NCBI RefSeq assembly: GCF_006345805.1
Contig: NC_042999.1
Location: 167,276,001-167,340,000, forward strand
DNA: 64,000 bases
Reading direction: 5' to 3'
Source of the DNA: Octopus sinensis
Lineage: Eukaryota
Part shown: piece after piece, positions 37,868-51,049 of the stretch
Position numbering within the stretch: the first letter of the stretch is position 1
Layout of the letters: each line of letters opens with the position of its first letter
Position numbers and translations under genes: made by a program
The notes under the pieces: generated by a model
What the model was told of the DNA's origin: nothing
Database searches by the model: none
What the model saw: the letters and a program-made list of their open reading frames with translations, nothing else

Positions 37868-38480
37868 AAAGTAATGTAATAAAACGTTACGTAGGATATT
37901 TTATAGATAATTAAGCTTATTTATGAATATATCAATGGCCAAACATGTTATCACAATTATAACTAAGAGGGTTTCAAAACCATCACATATTAAAAATAGC
38001 ATCCAAAACCGCTATAAAGTCATTTTATCACTCATATTATTTCTCTTCGTGTTAAAAACTGTCTTCGGTCGACATGACAAATAGAATCTGCAGCTTAAAA
38101 ATAACTGGTTAATTCCCTATTGCAATTTCAAGGTTATGGACTTCTTAAGGGACCCATTTGTCTCGTCAGGGGAAATATTCCTATAGATAGAAATCAAAAC
38201 AAGACTTTACATTGGGGATAGCATAAATCTCGACCGGCAAGAGAAATGTTCCAACCTCTATCTACACAGTCAAGTTTTTAATTCAAATGCCATGCACAGC
38301 GTTTATGTGAAAAGACCAGTAAATTCGAGCCACGGCAAAATCACCGGATATGAGCTGGGGAAAATGAAATAATTAGCAAGTAATGTAATAAAACATTACG
38401 GAGGATATATTATAAATAATTATGTTTTTATCGTGAAGAGAAATAATATGAGTGATAAAATGGCTTTATAGCGGTTTTAT
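37868..38480. repeat. Module bounded by direct repeats (37868-37915 and 38378-38425) and containing inverted repeats (38005-38050 and 38432-38480)
   Basis: Both repeat pairs are directly readable; a possible decayed LYIG motif lies near 38205. Confidence 0.7.
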
Positions 38481-38633
38481 CTTTTTTTAGTTATAATTGT
38501 GACTTGTTCATAACTATAAACGTTCTTCTATATATATATATGTGTGTGTGTGTGTGGTGTGTGTGTGTTCGTGTGCGTGTGTGTGTGTATGTATGTATAT
38601 ACATACACACATACACACACACGCATACACACA

Positions 38634-38700
<67 letters not shown>

Positions 38701-38744
38701 AACATACATGTACATTTTTTTCAAAATGTAACCACATGTGAATC

Positions 38745-38918
38745 GTTGGCGGTTTTCTTCCTCCGTCTTCTCTTCTACTGGACTTCTGTTTCCGAAGAAG
38801 AGCGTCTGCACGAAATGTTAAACCATCTTTCTTTCCTTCCTTAATGTCTGCTAATACTTTACATGTACCATGTCCTCGCGTTGTTGTTTTTTTGTGTTTG
38901 TTCTTCGTTTGGGGATTT
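38745..38918 (+). repeat. Copy 2 of the 375-570 repeat with decayed hammerhead-like motif
   Basis: CCGAAGA-AGAGCGTCTGCAC-GAAA-TG-TTAAAC-CA-TC; adjacent to (CA)n/(TA)n as in copy 1. Confidence 0.7.
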
Positions 38919-38919
38919 A

Positions 38920-38969
<50 letters not shown>

Positions 38970-39129
38970 GCATGCCTGTATTTGCATATATATATATGCA
39001 TGCGTGTATTTGCATGAGCATATATGCATGACTGTGTGTGTGTATTTACATGTGCATATGTCTTTGTATGTATGTGTATATGTGTGTGCGTGCGCGCACG
39101 CATAGTTTTCTTCAAACTGAATAACCTAA

Positions 39130-39500
39130 ACCAGTATCGATCCAAAGAGATATAAAATATACCAACCTAAAACTCTAACAGTACCAGCATCAAATGGCTA
39201 ACATGAGAACTTAAAAGACTAAATAAGGCTACAGCAAAGCACAACAAACAAGCTTCACAATCCAGCATAGCAAATATAAAGGATGCAGTTATTCTCATTA
39301 TTTTAGAAACATAACCAACTATGGGATAAACTTAACAAAATCAGTAATTTTCTCCTCAGCTGCCAAACAGATATCAACAAGTTTCCACAGTTATAGACAG
39401 GATCACTTTATCCATCGGTGCCACGACTTCTGTTAGTATCAAACAGACTTAGAAACATATAAGTTAACATTGCAAGGGATTATACAAAACTAATAGCTTG
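39130..39500 (+). mobile_element. Possible decayed CR1-type LINE 3' end
   Basis: Weak match to the CR1 C-terminal H..F..R...LW..L...V pattern; many stops. Confidence 0.3.
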
Positions 39501-39537
39501 CACTCGGATCATAGTTACATCCTTAACAAACACACAC

Positions 39538-39595
<58 letters not shown>

Positions 39596-39734
39596 TGGCA
39601 CCCTTCCACTTTTTGTTACCTTTCTACTCTATTAAATAAAAGTGAATTAAAACTCATGAGAAATCTTACGTTCGCCTAATATTATCAAGTCAGAACCATA
39701 CATGCAAACATGCATACATATATACATACGCATC

Positions 39735-39970
39735 ACCAGTGCCATATAAATGGCACCCCTGCATCGTAGTCGAGGTCGTTGCCGGTGTCATGTAAATGGC
39801 ACGTAAAAGCACCCATTACACTCCTGGAGTGGTTGGCGTTAGGAAGGGCAACCAACTGTAGAAATCGTACTAAACCAGATTGGAACTTTGTGCAGCTCTC
39901 CGGCTCATCAGTTCCAATCAAACTGTCTAACCCGTGTCAGCCTGGAGAGTGGACGTTAAATGATGATGAT
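39735..39970 (+). mobile_element. RTE 3' UTR fragment or RTE-partner SINE
   Basis: CATTACACTC..GGAGTGGTTGGCGTTAGGAAGGGCA...GGACGTTAAATGATGATGAT shared with 41710-41880. Confidence 0.8.
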
Positions 39971-39994
39971 GGTTATTACATGATTACATATATA

Positions 39995-41238
39995 TTAGTT
40001 TGTTTCACGTGAAATGTCAATTTTGAAAGGTAACAATAAAATGTTTCAGAAGTGTTAGAGAACTGATTTATTTAATCAAAGTATGATCCATGTTGATTTA
40101 TGACGTTTACCCAACGTTTCTCTATGTCATATATTCCATCATTAAAAAAAATATATTCATCTTTTGCTGTGATAAACTGTCCGAATGCTTCAATTACCTC
40201 TTCTCTATTTAAGAATGTTTTATTGTTTATGAAAAGCTCAAAATGCTCAGCAGGAAAGATATCAGGGGAATAGGAAGGATGTAGTAAAATATCATAATTC
40301 AGGTTTTGCAACTTTTGGACTGTAGCTTGAGGAGTGTGAGGACGTGCATTGTCGTGGAGCAAAATTGGGCCATCTCTATTCACTAGTCTGGGTTGCTTCT
40401 TTTTCAAATGCATACAATCAATTTCCTGGCAATACGATGATACTGTTAACGTTTTTCCTTGTTGCAAAAATGAATAATGAATAACTCCCTTCGCAGACCA
40501 CCATACAGTAACCACTAACTTTTTAGTTTAGGGTGCAATGGTTGGTTTGGGTAGTGTTTAGGTGACTCTCCTGCATCTAATCACTGTTCTGTTTTCCTGC
40601 TGTTGTCAAAAAGAAGTATCCATTTCTCATCACAAGTAATGATTTTATGCAAAAATTGTCTTTTTCTAGTCGAGAAAGCAATAAGGAGCACACTTCGAGG
40701 CATTTGTATTTTTTTTCTTTAATCTCATTCTGTTGATGTGGAACAAACCTATCCGTTTCCTTGACTTTTCCAGTTTTTTACAGGTGTCCAAAAACAGTTG
40801 TACGAGATGTTTGGGGTTCTGATGAAAGTTTTCGAACTTTTGTTCTCGGATTTTGCTCAACGAAAGCATTTAATGCATCATACCGAATAACCCATTTTGG
40901 CTTACCCTTTGGTTTATTCTCAATGCTATCATCTCTTGAACGAGAGCTTTGGAACCATCTCTGAACAGTTCTGTCAACAAAACCATTACCAAAAGCCTGT
41001 TTGATAATCCGAAGAGCTTCTGCAGCAGAGTGACCCAATTTGTACTCATACGAAAAAATCACTCAACATAGTTTGGTTGTTATCATTTTCATAACGTCTG
41101 TGGGTACGAATTTTGTATACCAATATTGTTTGGAAGGGAAAAGAGTCAAGATTAAATGCAAGGTATACAAAATTTAGTTTTTAAATCATTAAAATAACAA
41201 GTAATTAAAAATGCGACTTTTCGTGTGAAACAACCTAA
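39995..41238 (-). mobile_element. Full-length mariner transposon (TTAGGTTG-type TIR), inactive
   Basis: Imperfect ~30-bp TIRs TTAG(T/G)TTGTTTCAC..GAAA.GTC; TA at 39993-39994 and 41239-41240. Confidence 0.9.
40072..41092 (-). pseudogene. Mariner transposase pseudogene
   Basis: YEYKLGHSAAEA, TCDEKW, VWWSAKGVIHY, LHDNARPH, HPSYSPD, GSYFD; stops and frameshifts. Confidence 0.92.
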
Positions 41239-41334
41239 TATATATGTATTTGTGTGTATGTATGTATTTATGAAAGAATGAAGTTAGTATGCATCCTGAA
41301 TGTGCAATGTCAGTGTGCATGTACGATTGAGTAT

Positions 41335-41920
41335 AAGCGCCTCGACAGAAAAGTTGGGCCAAGAAGCATCAGATGTAGTGTGCAAGAAAGACGACTGCGT
41401 TGGTATGGTCATGTGATGCGTATAGATGTGACAGCTGTGTGAAAAAGTGTCGATTTCTAACAGTGGAGGGAAGCTGTAGAAGAGGAAGACTCGGGAAGAC
41501 ATGAGACGAGGTGGTGAAGCATGATCTTCGAACGTTGAGCCTCAGGGTGGCGATAGCTAGTGACCGAGACCTTTGATTACATGCCGTGCTTGAGAAGACC
41601 CGTCAAGCCAAAATGTTGTGCTTGAGAAGCAGACCCATAAAGCGAAGTGAAATCGTAGTCGTGGCAAATAGTGGGATCACGCAACTAGCATGCATGCCGG
41701 TGGCACGCAAAATCTCTCATTACACTCTCGGAGTGGTTGGCGTTAGGAAGGGCATCCAGTCGTAAAAACCATGCCAAATCAGACTAGAGTCTGGTGCAGC
41801 CCCTCAGCTTACCAGCCCTGGTCAAATCATCCAACCCATGCCAGCATGAACAACGGACATTAAATGGTGATGATGAAGATGATAATGATGTTGATGTTGA
41901 TGATAATGGTAATGATAATA
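41335..41920 (+). mobile_element. RTE-clade LINE 3' fragment
   Basis: RSIRCSVQERRLRWYGHVMR...RGRLGKT...VVKHDLRTL, then the RTE 3' UTR and (GAT)n tail. Confidence 0.88.
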
Positions 41921-41982
41921 CACATATATATATATTTGTGTAAGTGTATCTCTCTCTCTTTATATATATATATATTATATAT

Positions 41983-42037
<55 letters not shown>

Positions 42038-42094
42038 TGTGTGTATACATACGTACACACACACACACACACATATATATATACATATATATAT

Positions 42095-42275
42095 AAACCA
42101 GAGTAAGCACATAAATGTGAAACAAAGTGGAAAAACTGTACTCGATACCGGAGGTAGAGTAATATGCTTTATTAATAAAGAAGCAAAGACATCACAAAAA
42201 CTTTCCGACGTACGGGAACGTGAAACTCTGAGCAACAGTTTCTGCGATGTCTGCAGCTTTATTAATAAAGTTTAA
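42095..42275 (+). repeat. Second copy of the 32125-32320 cassette with a decayed hammerhead
   Basis: Shared leader GAGTAA.CACATAAATGTGAAACAA; CCGACGT-ACG-GGAA-CGT-GAAA-CTCTGAG-CA inside an imperfect ~18-bp helix I; flanked by two copies of the palindrome CTTTATTAATAAAG. Confidence 0.8.
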
Positions 42276-42277
42276 TA

Positions 42278-42388
<111 letters not shown>

Positions 42389-42575
42389 TATTTTTTATTT
42401 TAATTTAATTTTTTTGCTCTTTTCTTCCCTTTTACGATCCCTCTTGATCGAAAACCTACGCCACCCCTTTTTTTGTTTCTTTTGTTTTTTGTTTTTTTCA
42501 TCCCCCAAAAGAAAAGCTCTACCTTGTAACTTGTCCCATCTGTGTGCAGCCCTGTGTGGCCAATAAAGAAACTTA

Positions 42576-42617
<42 letters not shown>

Positions 42618-42636
42618 TATATATATATATATATAG

Positions 42637-43045
42637 GGGTAAAATATGAAAAAACCATCGAAAATGCACATTGCAAATAGAAAGAGGCTATTTATGACAG
42701 GTAACGACAAATATATACATCTAGGTTGACTGAGGTAGTAATACGAGTCATAAAAGTCATTATTATGAGATGATTATAAGATGATAATAAAGTAAGAGAA
42801 CAAAACGAACCAATGATTTATGCAAAGCTATTCATCATTGTTCAAACGATGAATAGCTTTGCGTAAACCATGGTCCGTTTTGTTCTCTTACTTTATTATC
42901 ATCTTATAATCATCTCATAATAATGACTTTTATGACTCGTATTACTACCTCAGTCAACCTAGATGTATATATTTGTCGTTACCTGTCATAAATAGCCTCT
43001 TTCTATTTGCAATGTGCATTTTCGTTGATTTTTCATATTTTACCC
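42637..43045. repeat. Near-perfect 409-bp palindrome (arms ~200 bp, ~11-nt apex)
   Basis: 42637-42836 is the reverse complement of 42848-43045; inserted in (TA)n. Confidence 0.95.
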
Positions 43046-43091
43046 TTACATTTCCACGTGTATTTTATATTTTCTTTTCGTAACATATTTC

Positions 43092-43155
<64 letters not shown>

Positions 43156-43162
43156 CTGTGTG

Positions 43163-43202
<40 letters not shown>

Positions 43203-43219
43203 TGGTGTGTGTGTGTGTG

Positions 43220-43270
<51 letters not shown>

Positions 43271-44038
43271 CATACATATAGTCGACTGGTGACATCCAGA
43301 GAGGCTCAGTATAGAACACACATAAATGCTCAAATGATTTGAAGTTACACTCCTAAGCCCTTATCGAGGGCTGACTCCGCGGCGTAAAGTGTGGCTATAA
43401 GAGGAATCTAGGTGAGCTGATATGGAGATAGTGATGCAGATAAACACGGATGAGCTTGATATATAAAATATACATATATATACACTTGTAAATATATAGG
43501 GATATAGAGAGAGAGGGGAATAAAAACTGAAAGTATTGAGATGAATATTTTTGTATATGCATATTGACATTTATATATTTACAAAATAATAATTTAGATG
43601 GTGTACAAAAAATTACAGAAATCTAAGAGCAGACAGCGTGGTATTTTAGGTCCGACAACCGTTTCTGAGTGTCTCGAAATTAGGTAACATTAGTAAAGTT
43701 GGCAGATGGAGTGTGCAAAAAATCTAAGATATGCAGCTAGTAGTGGATGTATATAAATATTGCCGTAAAACCGGCCTCCGTCTTCAGGGTGAAAAGATTG
43801 GCATTTAGATTTTCTCTCTTTACGTTAACTAAAGAGAAAAAGAATGTGTTGTAGAGTGTAGCTGAGAATGTAATGCTGTTTAAGCGGAATGTTTAGATCT
43901 CCAATCTCACCGATTTCGGAGGGACCACAGAGGCCATACGAACAATCTTATCCGTTAAAAAGTGTGTTAGCAGAATATAGTTCAAAGAAGATTTGTTTAA
44001 TATCTAGGGTTTGTTTCACATGTAAACATAAAGGATTA

Positions 44039-44582
44039 CCGTATTTTCGGGTGTATAAGCCACTGTTTTGTATCTGGGGAATTACGTGTGCGGCTTATAG
44101 AGAAGGTGCGCCTAATGTGTGTATTTTTTATAAGTTTCAAGGGGAAAATAATTTGTGTATGGAGATCGAATGATTCCACTGATTTTTTTCAGAGGAAAGG
44201 TCGATCGGTGAACAACGTGAAAGATGACTACTGCTACAGTAACATTGGTGCCCGTAAGAAAACAAAGCATATTTATTTTGTTTTACCTTCATGTTTTGGT
44301 AATGTTATTTTTAATCCAATAAAGACTTTAATATTAACGAAATGTGTTTGTTGTTGATTATAGTAAGATAAAATTATAACAATAACAATACATCACATAG
44401 TTGTGAAATAAGGCATCTTGAAACTACGTACTCGTCAATAACAAAAAAGTTAGCTGAGGACCCATAGCTCTATATATCTTTTAAACACCGGTGCGCTTTA
44501 TGTGTGGATAAAGCTAAAACTTTCTCCAAAATTCGGCTCTGTGGCTTAAATACCGATGCGTTTTATAGACCGGAAAATACGG
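44039..44582. mobile_element. Non-autonomous Tc2/pogo-like MITE (544 bp)
   Basis: TIR CCGTATTTTC(G/C)GG.T(G/C)TATAA, TA at 44037-44038 and 44583-44584, subterminal GTGCG...TTATA repeats. Confidence 0.85.
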
Positions 44583-44747
44583 TAGTAAATTTAAAGATCG
44601 ATTTCCACGAATGGAAGCGGAATTACACTCTAACGACTCATGTTGCATATGGTTTCTATCATTAGTAAGAATCTACAATCACCTTCAGATTAAGCTACGT
44701 TTACCAGTGCATTTCATTATTACAATGCTACTCTAAGGCGACAAGAA

Positions 44748-44935
44748 TCGTAGCACACCGGACAAAATGCTTAGTGGCATTTCGTCCGACGTGCTACATT
44801 CTGAGTCCAAATTCCACTGAGGTCGACTTTGCCTTTCATCCTTTCGGTTTCGATAAAATAAATACCAGTCAAATACTGGTGTCGATGAAATCGACTTCCC
44901 CCTCCTTTAAAATTTTAGTCCTTGAGCCTACAGTA
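44748..44935 (+). mobile_element. SINE family A
   Basis: GAGTCCAAATTCC B box and GTCGACTTTGCCTTTCATCCTTTCGG body. Confidence 0.85.
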
Positions 44936-45764
44936 GAGAGGAGTAGCTCTAAGATAAGAAATGAGAAATTGTGTTGTTCAGACTCATGTATAATAGAATT
45001 AACACAGTTAAATGTTTTGGTAATTTTATATCTTTTCACTTTCCACCGAATAACAAATGCAACAAAATTCTTCAAAGAAAATTGATTATAGTTTATCTAT
45101 GCTCAATGAAAAATTCATCATGTTTCACAAGAAATTACAATACGAAACGATTTTCTCATACAATTTCTGCACTTGCCTGAAATTATTACAACCGTACTAA
45201 TTGCTCACGTAATAGTAAAAGTCTAGCAAAATCAGCATACTGTACAAAGAACCACTGAACAACAATCCTAAGCAGAATTAAATGAATATGATTTTGAAGT
45301 TGGCTTTTATCAACTTACAAATCCAATCGTCATAACATTGTTGAAGCATATAGTGTTTCTAGAGATACAGGCCCAAATAGATTTAAGATAAATTATTCAG
45401 TGCTAGAATTTTTGACATCATATAGACACGGAAGTTTTATATTAAAACTAACTAAGAAACTGTATATTTTGTTTCAAAACTTGAAAGACTGGACATTTAA
45501 CAACGTGTAAACACTCTCTTGAGTATCTATTGTCTTTTGATTCTCATAGTATCATAAACGTTAAGAAAGTGTTGAAACTATATTGGTTTTCTTGTCTCCA
45601 TTATTGAAAAATACCTATCTGTTAAATTTTCAAATTTGATTGTATATTTTGTTTATTTATTCGTCAACTGGCGTGCACTTAAGATATTATCTACATACAT
45701 GCAATTTTACTCGAAGCACATACATATATATATATATACATATAGGTAAACAGTAAATTAAATA

Positions 45765-45880
45765 CAGACATGGACAAGAACATAACACCACAGAGACGAC
45801 ACAAGAACCACAGGACGGGACATTCGAAGCCCTCATTCATCAGTCAAGAACCAGATCATCCCAGCAACCTCGGCTGATAT
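45765..45880 (-). repeat. Dispersed repeat with decayed hammerhead-like motif
   Basis: Minus strand CTGATGA-ATGAGGGCTTC-GAATGTCCCGTC; its start ACATGGACAAGAAC recurs at 47686-47700. Confidence 0.45.
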
Positions 45881-45886
45881 ACATAT

Positions 45887-45934
<48 letters not shown>

Positions 45935-46019
45935 GGTGCCCCAGCATGGCCACAGCTCGTGAGCTGAAACTAGATAAAATAAAGATAAAATAAAATAAAT
46001 ATATATATATATACATACA

Positions 46020-46073
<54 letters not shown>

Positions 46074-46247
46074 TACATACATTTCTCCAGTCATTATTTA
46101 CTTAGTTTCTTCTTTTTCTTTATGTATATTCTATTTTACACTTTCTTCTCAATTGTCTTCTGTTAACTGCTTCTCTCAGCGATTTCATTGCTAACGAATG
46201 TTTTACAGCGATTTATTATAGAATCCAATCAAAACTGACAGGATTCC

Positions 46248-46455
46248 AGCGGCGAGCTGGCAGAAACGTTAGCATCCCGGGCGAAATGTATAGCAGTTTT
46301 CGTCTGTCTTTACGTTCTGAGTTCAAATTCCGCCGAGGTCGACTTTACCTTCCATCCTTTTGGGGTCGGAAAATTAAGTACCTTTTGCGTACTGGGATCG
46401 ATCTAATCGACTAGACCCCCTCGCACAAAAATTTCGAGCTTTGTACCTAGAGTAA
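46248..46455 (+). mobile_element. SINE family A
   Basis: Full head GCGGCGAGCTGGCAGAAACGTTAGC and B box GAGTTCAAATTCC. Confidence 0.9.
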
Positions 46456-47314
46456 AAAAGGAATCTTTTCTTCATATTGTATTATTCTGTAATTTTTCTT
46501 GTTCTAGTGATTAAATTTGTCTCAAGATCAAAATCGATGAAACTTGGAAGAAACGATTTATTACTCTCAGTATTGTGTCTTTTAGTATAATCTCATTTTC
46601 CATATTCTTCTTCACACTGCAGTCACATCATTGTATGAGTGTTTGTTTGTGTATGTGCGCGCGCGTGTGCGTGCATGTGTGTTTGTGTGAGTGCGTGCGT
46701 GCGAGTAACTACCGGTCAGAGTACTAGATTTTACTTCCTGCTTTATGAACCTGAAATTGCAAAGCGAGTAAAAGCTAAAAATATAACATCCACAACAACA
46801 ACAACTACTACTGCTCTACACTAAAGAATCACTCACACGCATTCACATATTCATGCATACAACATAACACACACACACATACAATACACTGACATACACA
46901 CATACAATACGAACACTGTAATGCCACAGTATTTCATCCATTGCTATATTATCGTAAACCATTACAAGAACATCATGTAATGATTTTCTACGTGATTTAA
47001 AGTCTTTTTTCTTGTCTCATTCAAAAGTAAAACAATATTTCGTAAGCTGAGAGAAAAAATGTAGAAATATATAATTCAGTGTAGTCAGATAAGGAAAATA
47101 AATTAACATGCCTAATTTTACACTTTGCACTCGTCGTCAACATGATTTTGGTGAAGTTTCCTATAATTCTTTGTTAATTTTGTTAACTTATGTTTAAACA
47201 GTTTTAAAAAGAACAATATAGGTCTGTTAGGATTACATGTTTTAATTACTCTATAGTATTGAAACATTAGAACAAGGAAAAAACATTTTGGACAACATAT
47301 ATTTGTTTCTGTAA

Positions 47315-47395
<81 letters not shown>

Positions 47396-47493
47396 AGAAA
47401 CAAATATATGTTGTCCAAAATGTTTTTCTTTGTTCTAATGTTTCAATACAATATAGTAATTAAAACATGTAATCCTAACAGACCTATATGTAT

Positions 47494-47535
<42 letters not shown>

Positions 47536-47546
47536 TATGTGTATAT

Positions 47547-47579
<33 letters not shown>

Positions 47580-47612
47580 GTGTGTGTATATATATATATA
47601 TATATATACATA

Positions 47613-47653
<41 letters not shown>

Positions 47654-47724
47654 ATATATATATATAAAGGTATGTAGAAAAATACAACATGGACAAGAAC
47701 GTATAACTCTTAGAAGACGATACA

Positions 47725-47765
<41 letters not shown>

Positions 47766-47815
47766 TGTATGTATATATATATATATAGGTATATATATAT
47801 ATGCATATATATATG

Positions 47816-47865
<50 letters not shown>

Positions 47866-49643
47866 TAGAGATAAATCTACTATTAGGCAAATCAAACAGC
47901 GAAAGACATAAACCAAAACATAAAAATAAATATAATTAATATAATATACAAAATAAATAAAACATACAATTTAAAATTTAAATTATTTGAATTTAAAATT
48001 TAAAATTTATATTTATATTTATAAATTTCTATATTTTTAAAATTTAAAATTTATAAATTTTTTAACTTTTCATTTTTTTATTTATTAATAAAGTAATTTA
48101 TATATATTTTTTTAACTATCAAAAAATATTAAAATGTTTAATATAATATAATAAGTAAAACCACTACGTACGTTTCATCGCCATAATTCAATTCGAATTA
48201 CAATTAATTTAAATTCAATAAAAAATTCGAATTATAATTATAGTCAATCTTCAGGTTAATCATAATAGTTAAATAAATAAGCAAATAGAGTTAAACAATA
48301 TATTTTAAGAAATAAATTTAAAAATAATAATTTTTCTTATAAAAAACTCTATTATCAAATTACAATCAGATAAAACTAGGAATCTATATAAACTGGATGT
48401 TAAGTTATATGATAACCTTTAAGAGAAAGAGATAATTAGAAAATATAAAATTGTTCCGATAGTACACTTTATACTATAAATAAGGCCTCTAAATTAGTCA
48501 TGATGAACTATAAGTTGGATAATAAAACTGAATCTTATGTACCTATGTACCCTAGAATTACTAAAGATAATTTTTATTCAGACCCTAAAGTTAGATTAAT
48601 TTGTCCATGTAAATCAGACCTTGGAAAATTGAGTAAACTAATTTTAGATAAATATATTAATAAATTAAATATATTTAACTACTTAAAATTATGATTTAAC
48701 AATATAATACTTTAAATTGGTTTAATAATATTAAAGAAAAATATCGATGTAAATTTAGTCAATTAGATATAGATAATTCTTCTTCTATTAATGAAATTGT
48801 GTTTAATAAGGCCCTAATATGCGCAATGAATAAAGTGGGAATGACTTTTGAAGAGGTTAATGTAATTAAAATGGCTAGGAAATCGTTTATTAGATACAAT
48901 AATAAATTATGGGCTAGGAAGGATACTAGGGACTATTTCGATATACATATGGGGGCACCTGATTCTGCACACGCTACAGATTTGGTAGGTATTTATCTAT
49001 TATCTGAACTTCAATTAGAACATTTAAAACTAGAGGGTGGTTTATATAGGGATGATCTTTTATTAATTACTAAGAATTGCACTAATAGGAAACTAGAATT
49101 ATATAAGAAGAAACTTTATAGCTTCTTTAAAAGATATGGTTTAAGTATTACTATATATAATGAGAATTATAATGTTAATTATTTAGATGTTAATTTTAAT
49201 CTAATAATGGGTAAAACACACCATTTTATAAATTTAATGAAAACGTTAGAAATATAAATGTTAATAGTAATCACCCATCATCAATTAAAAAATCGTTGAT
49301 TAATAATATACGTAAACGTATATAATTACTTTCTTATGATTTAGAGATTTTTAATAAACATGTACCTTATTACAATGAGGCACTACGAGAGGCAGGTTAT
49401 AATAGTAATATTAATTTTTTAATAAAAATAAAGATAAAAATATTAATAATAATTATAATAATTATGTAAGTCATATTAGTAGTAATTGTAGTAGTAATAA
49501 TAATTGTAGTAATTATAAAAATAAAAATAAAAATAAAATTTAAAATAAGACAAATTTTAATATTAATTCAATAAATGATAATTATAATTATAATTTTAAT
49601 TTTAATAATATTATAAAGAAATATAATAATCGTAATTGTAATT

Positions 49644-49674
<31 letters not shown>

Positions 49675-49699
49675 TGATAATATGATTAATTATAATAAT

Positions 49700-49816
<117 letters not shown>

Positions 49817-49864
49817 AAGAAGAAGAAGAAGAAGAAAAGATGGAGAAACTTTTAAAATACAAAG

Positions 49865-49997
49865 ACACATCCTACGCAGAACACTTTCAATACAATAACC
49901 ATCAGAGCATCACAACAAATCACAGCACATACCCAAGGCACACAGAGCTGTGCTCGGTAGTGAAGTGAAAGCACGATATAAAAAATATACTACTAAA
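49865..49997 (+). mobile_element. Dong/R4-type 3' end nested in (AAT)n inside the PLE linker
   Basis: HILRRTLSIQ* and a 3' UTR matching 20560-20688. Confidence 0.8.
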
Positions 49998-50099
49998 TAA
50001 TAATAATTATTATAATAACAATTGCAGCGTGGAAGGTGTTTGTAAGCCATTTAAGAAACACACAAAAGCCGTTCGATTCACTTCAACATTTAAGTTTAA

Positions 50100-50148
50100 T
50101 TTGTCAAAATATTTTCGTCGCTAAAATCTCGACCTGTTCACTGACAAA
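50100..50148 (-). ncRNA. Type I hammerhead candidate with G3-C8 swapped core
   Basis: Minus strand TTTGTCA-GTGAACA-G-GTCG-AGATTTTAG-CGAC-GAAA-ATAT-TT/TGACAAA: 7-bp helix I, 4-bp helix II, palindromic AATATT helix III. Confidence 0.65.
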
Positions 50149-51049
50149 AATCCGTGCTGCACGGATTTTTGTCAGTGAACAGAAAAAGAAGAAAATTTGG
50201 TTAATTGTTCCTTATGGGGTCCAAGTTAAAACTAACATTATTAAAGAGATTTTAGATATTACTGAACAATTCATTCATGTTAATCGTTAATATAAAAACA
50301 TTTTCTCGAGTAATAATTTTGGAGTAGGTTATTCTCCCACTAATAATTTAGGCAACATTATTTCTTCTTTTAACAAATTTAAGTTGAATAATTTTTGTAA
50401 AACTAAATTCTATAATCATACCAATAATAATAATGATAAGACACTCATTAATTGTACATGTAGAGATAAAACTAAGTGCAACATTAATAATAAATGTGAT
50501 TTAAACTATGTTGTATATAAATGTATAATTACATTAATTAATGAGAATAATAGGAATAATAATAACTTAAACGTCATTTATATAGGGTCCACTTCCTCTA
50601 AAATAAAATTAAGAATCGCACAGCATATGCATTCATTTAAAAATAAAAACCTTAATTAACTTTACAGGGCTTAGCAAATACATTTGGGAGCTTAAATCCC
50701 AAAGTATTAAGTATGATTTAAGGTGGGAAATAATTAGTAAGGCCAAATCATATAGTATAGGAAGCAATTATTATTTATGTTTTAATGAGTTTAAAGAAAT
50801 TTTATTTAATGATCATAATAATTTAGTGAATACTTTTGGATGAGCGTAAAATTAAATGCAGACACAGATTACTTTACTTATATAGTAAATTTCTAGATAA
50901 ATAATTACTATATCTATTTTGTTCCTAATTTGTAGTTATATGTACTAGTATTAATCTAAAATTTAGTATGTGATTTATAATACTTATTACATGATTTTAT
51001 TTGTTAAATTTAATATTATTAAATCAATAATTCAATATTTTAATAAATT

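Noticed and set aside
38135-38175. Minus-strand CTGACGA-GAC...GTC
   Set aside because: CCTT stands where GAAA is required, and there is no helix I.
43750-43795. Minus-strand CTGAAGA...GCCG/CGGC...AATATT hammerhead-like remnant
   Set aside because: G12 is missing and helix I cannot pair; at best a dead relic.
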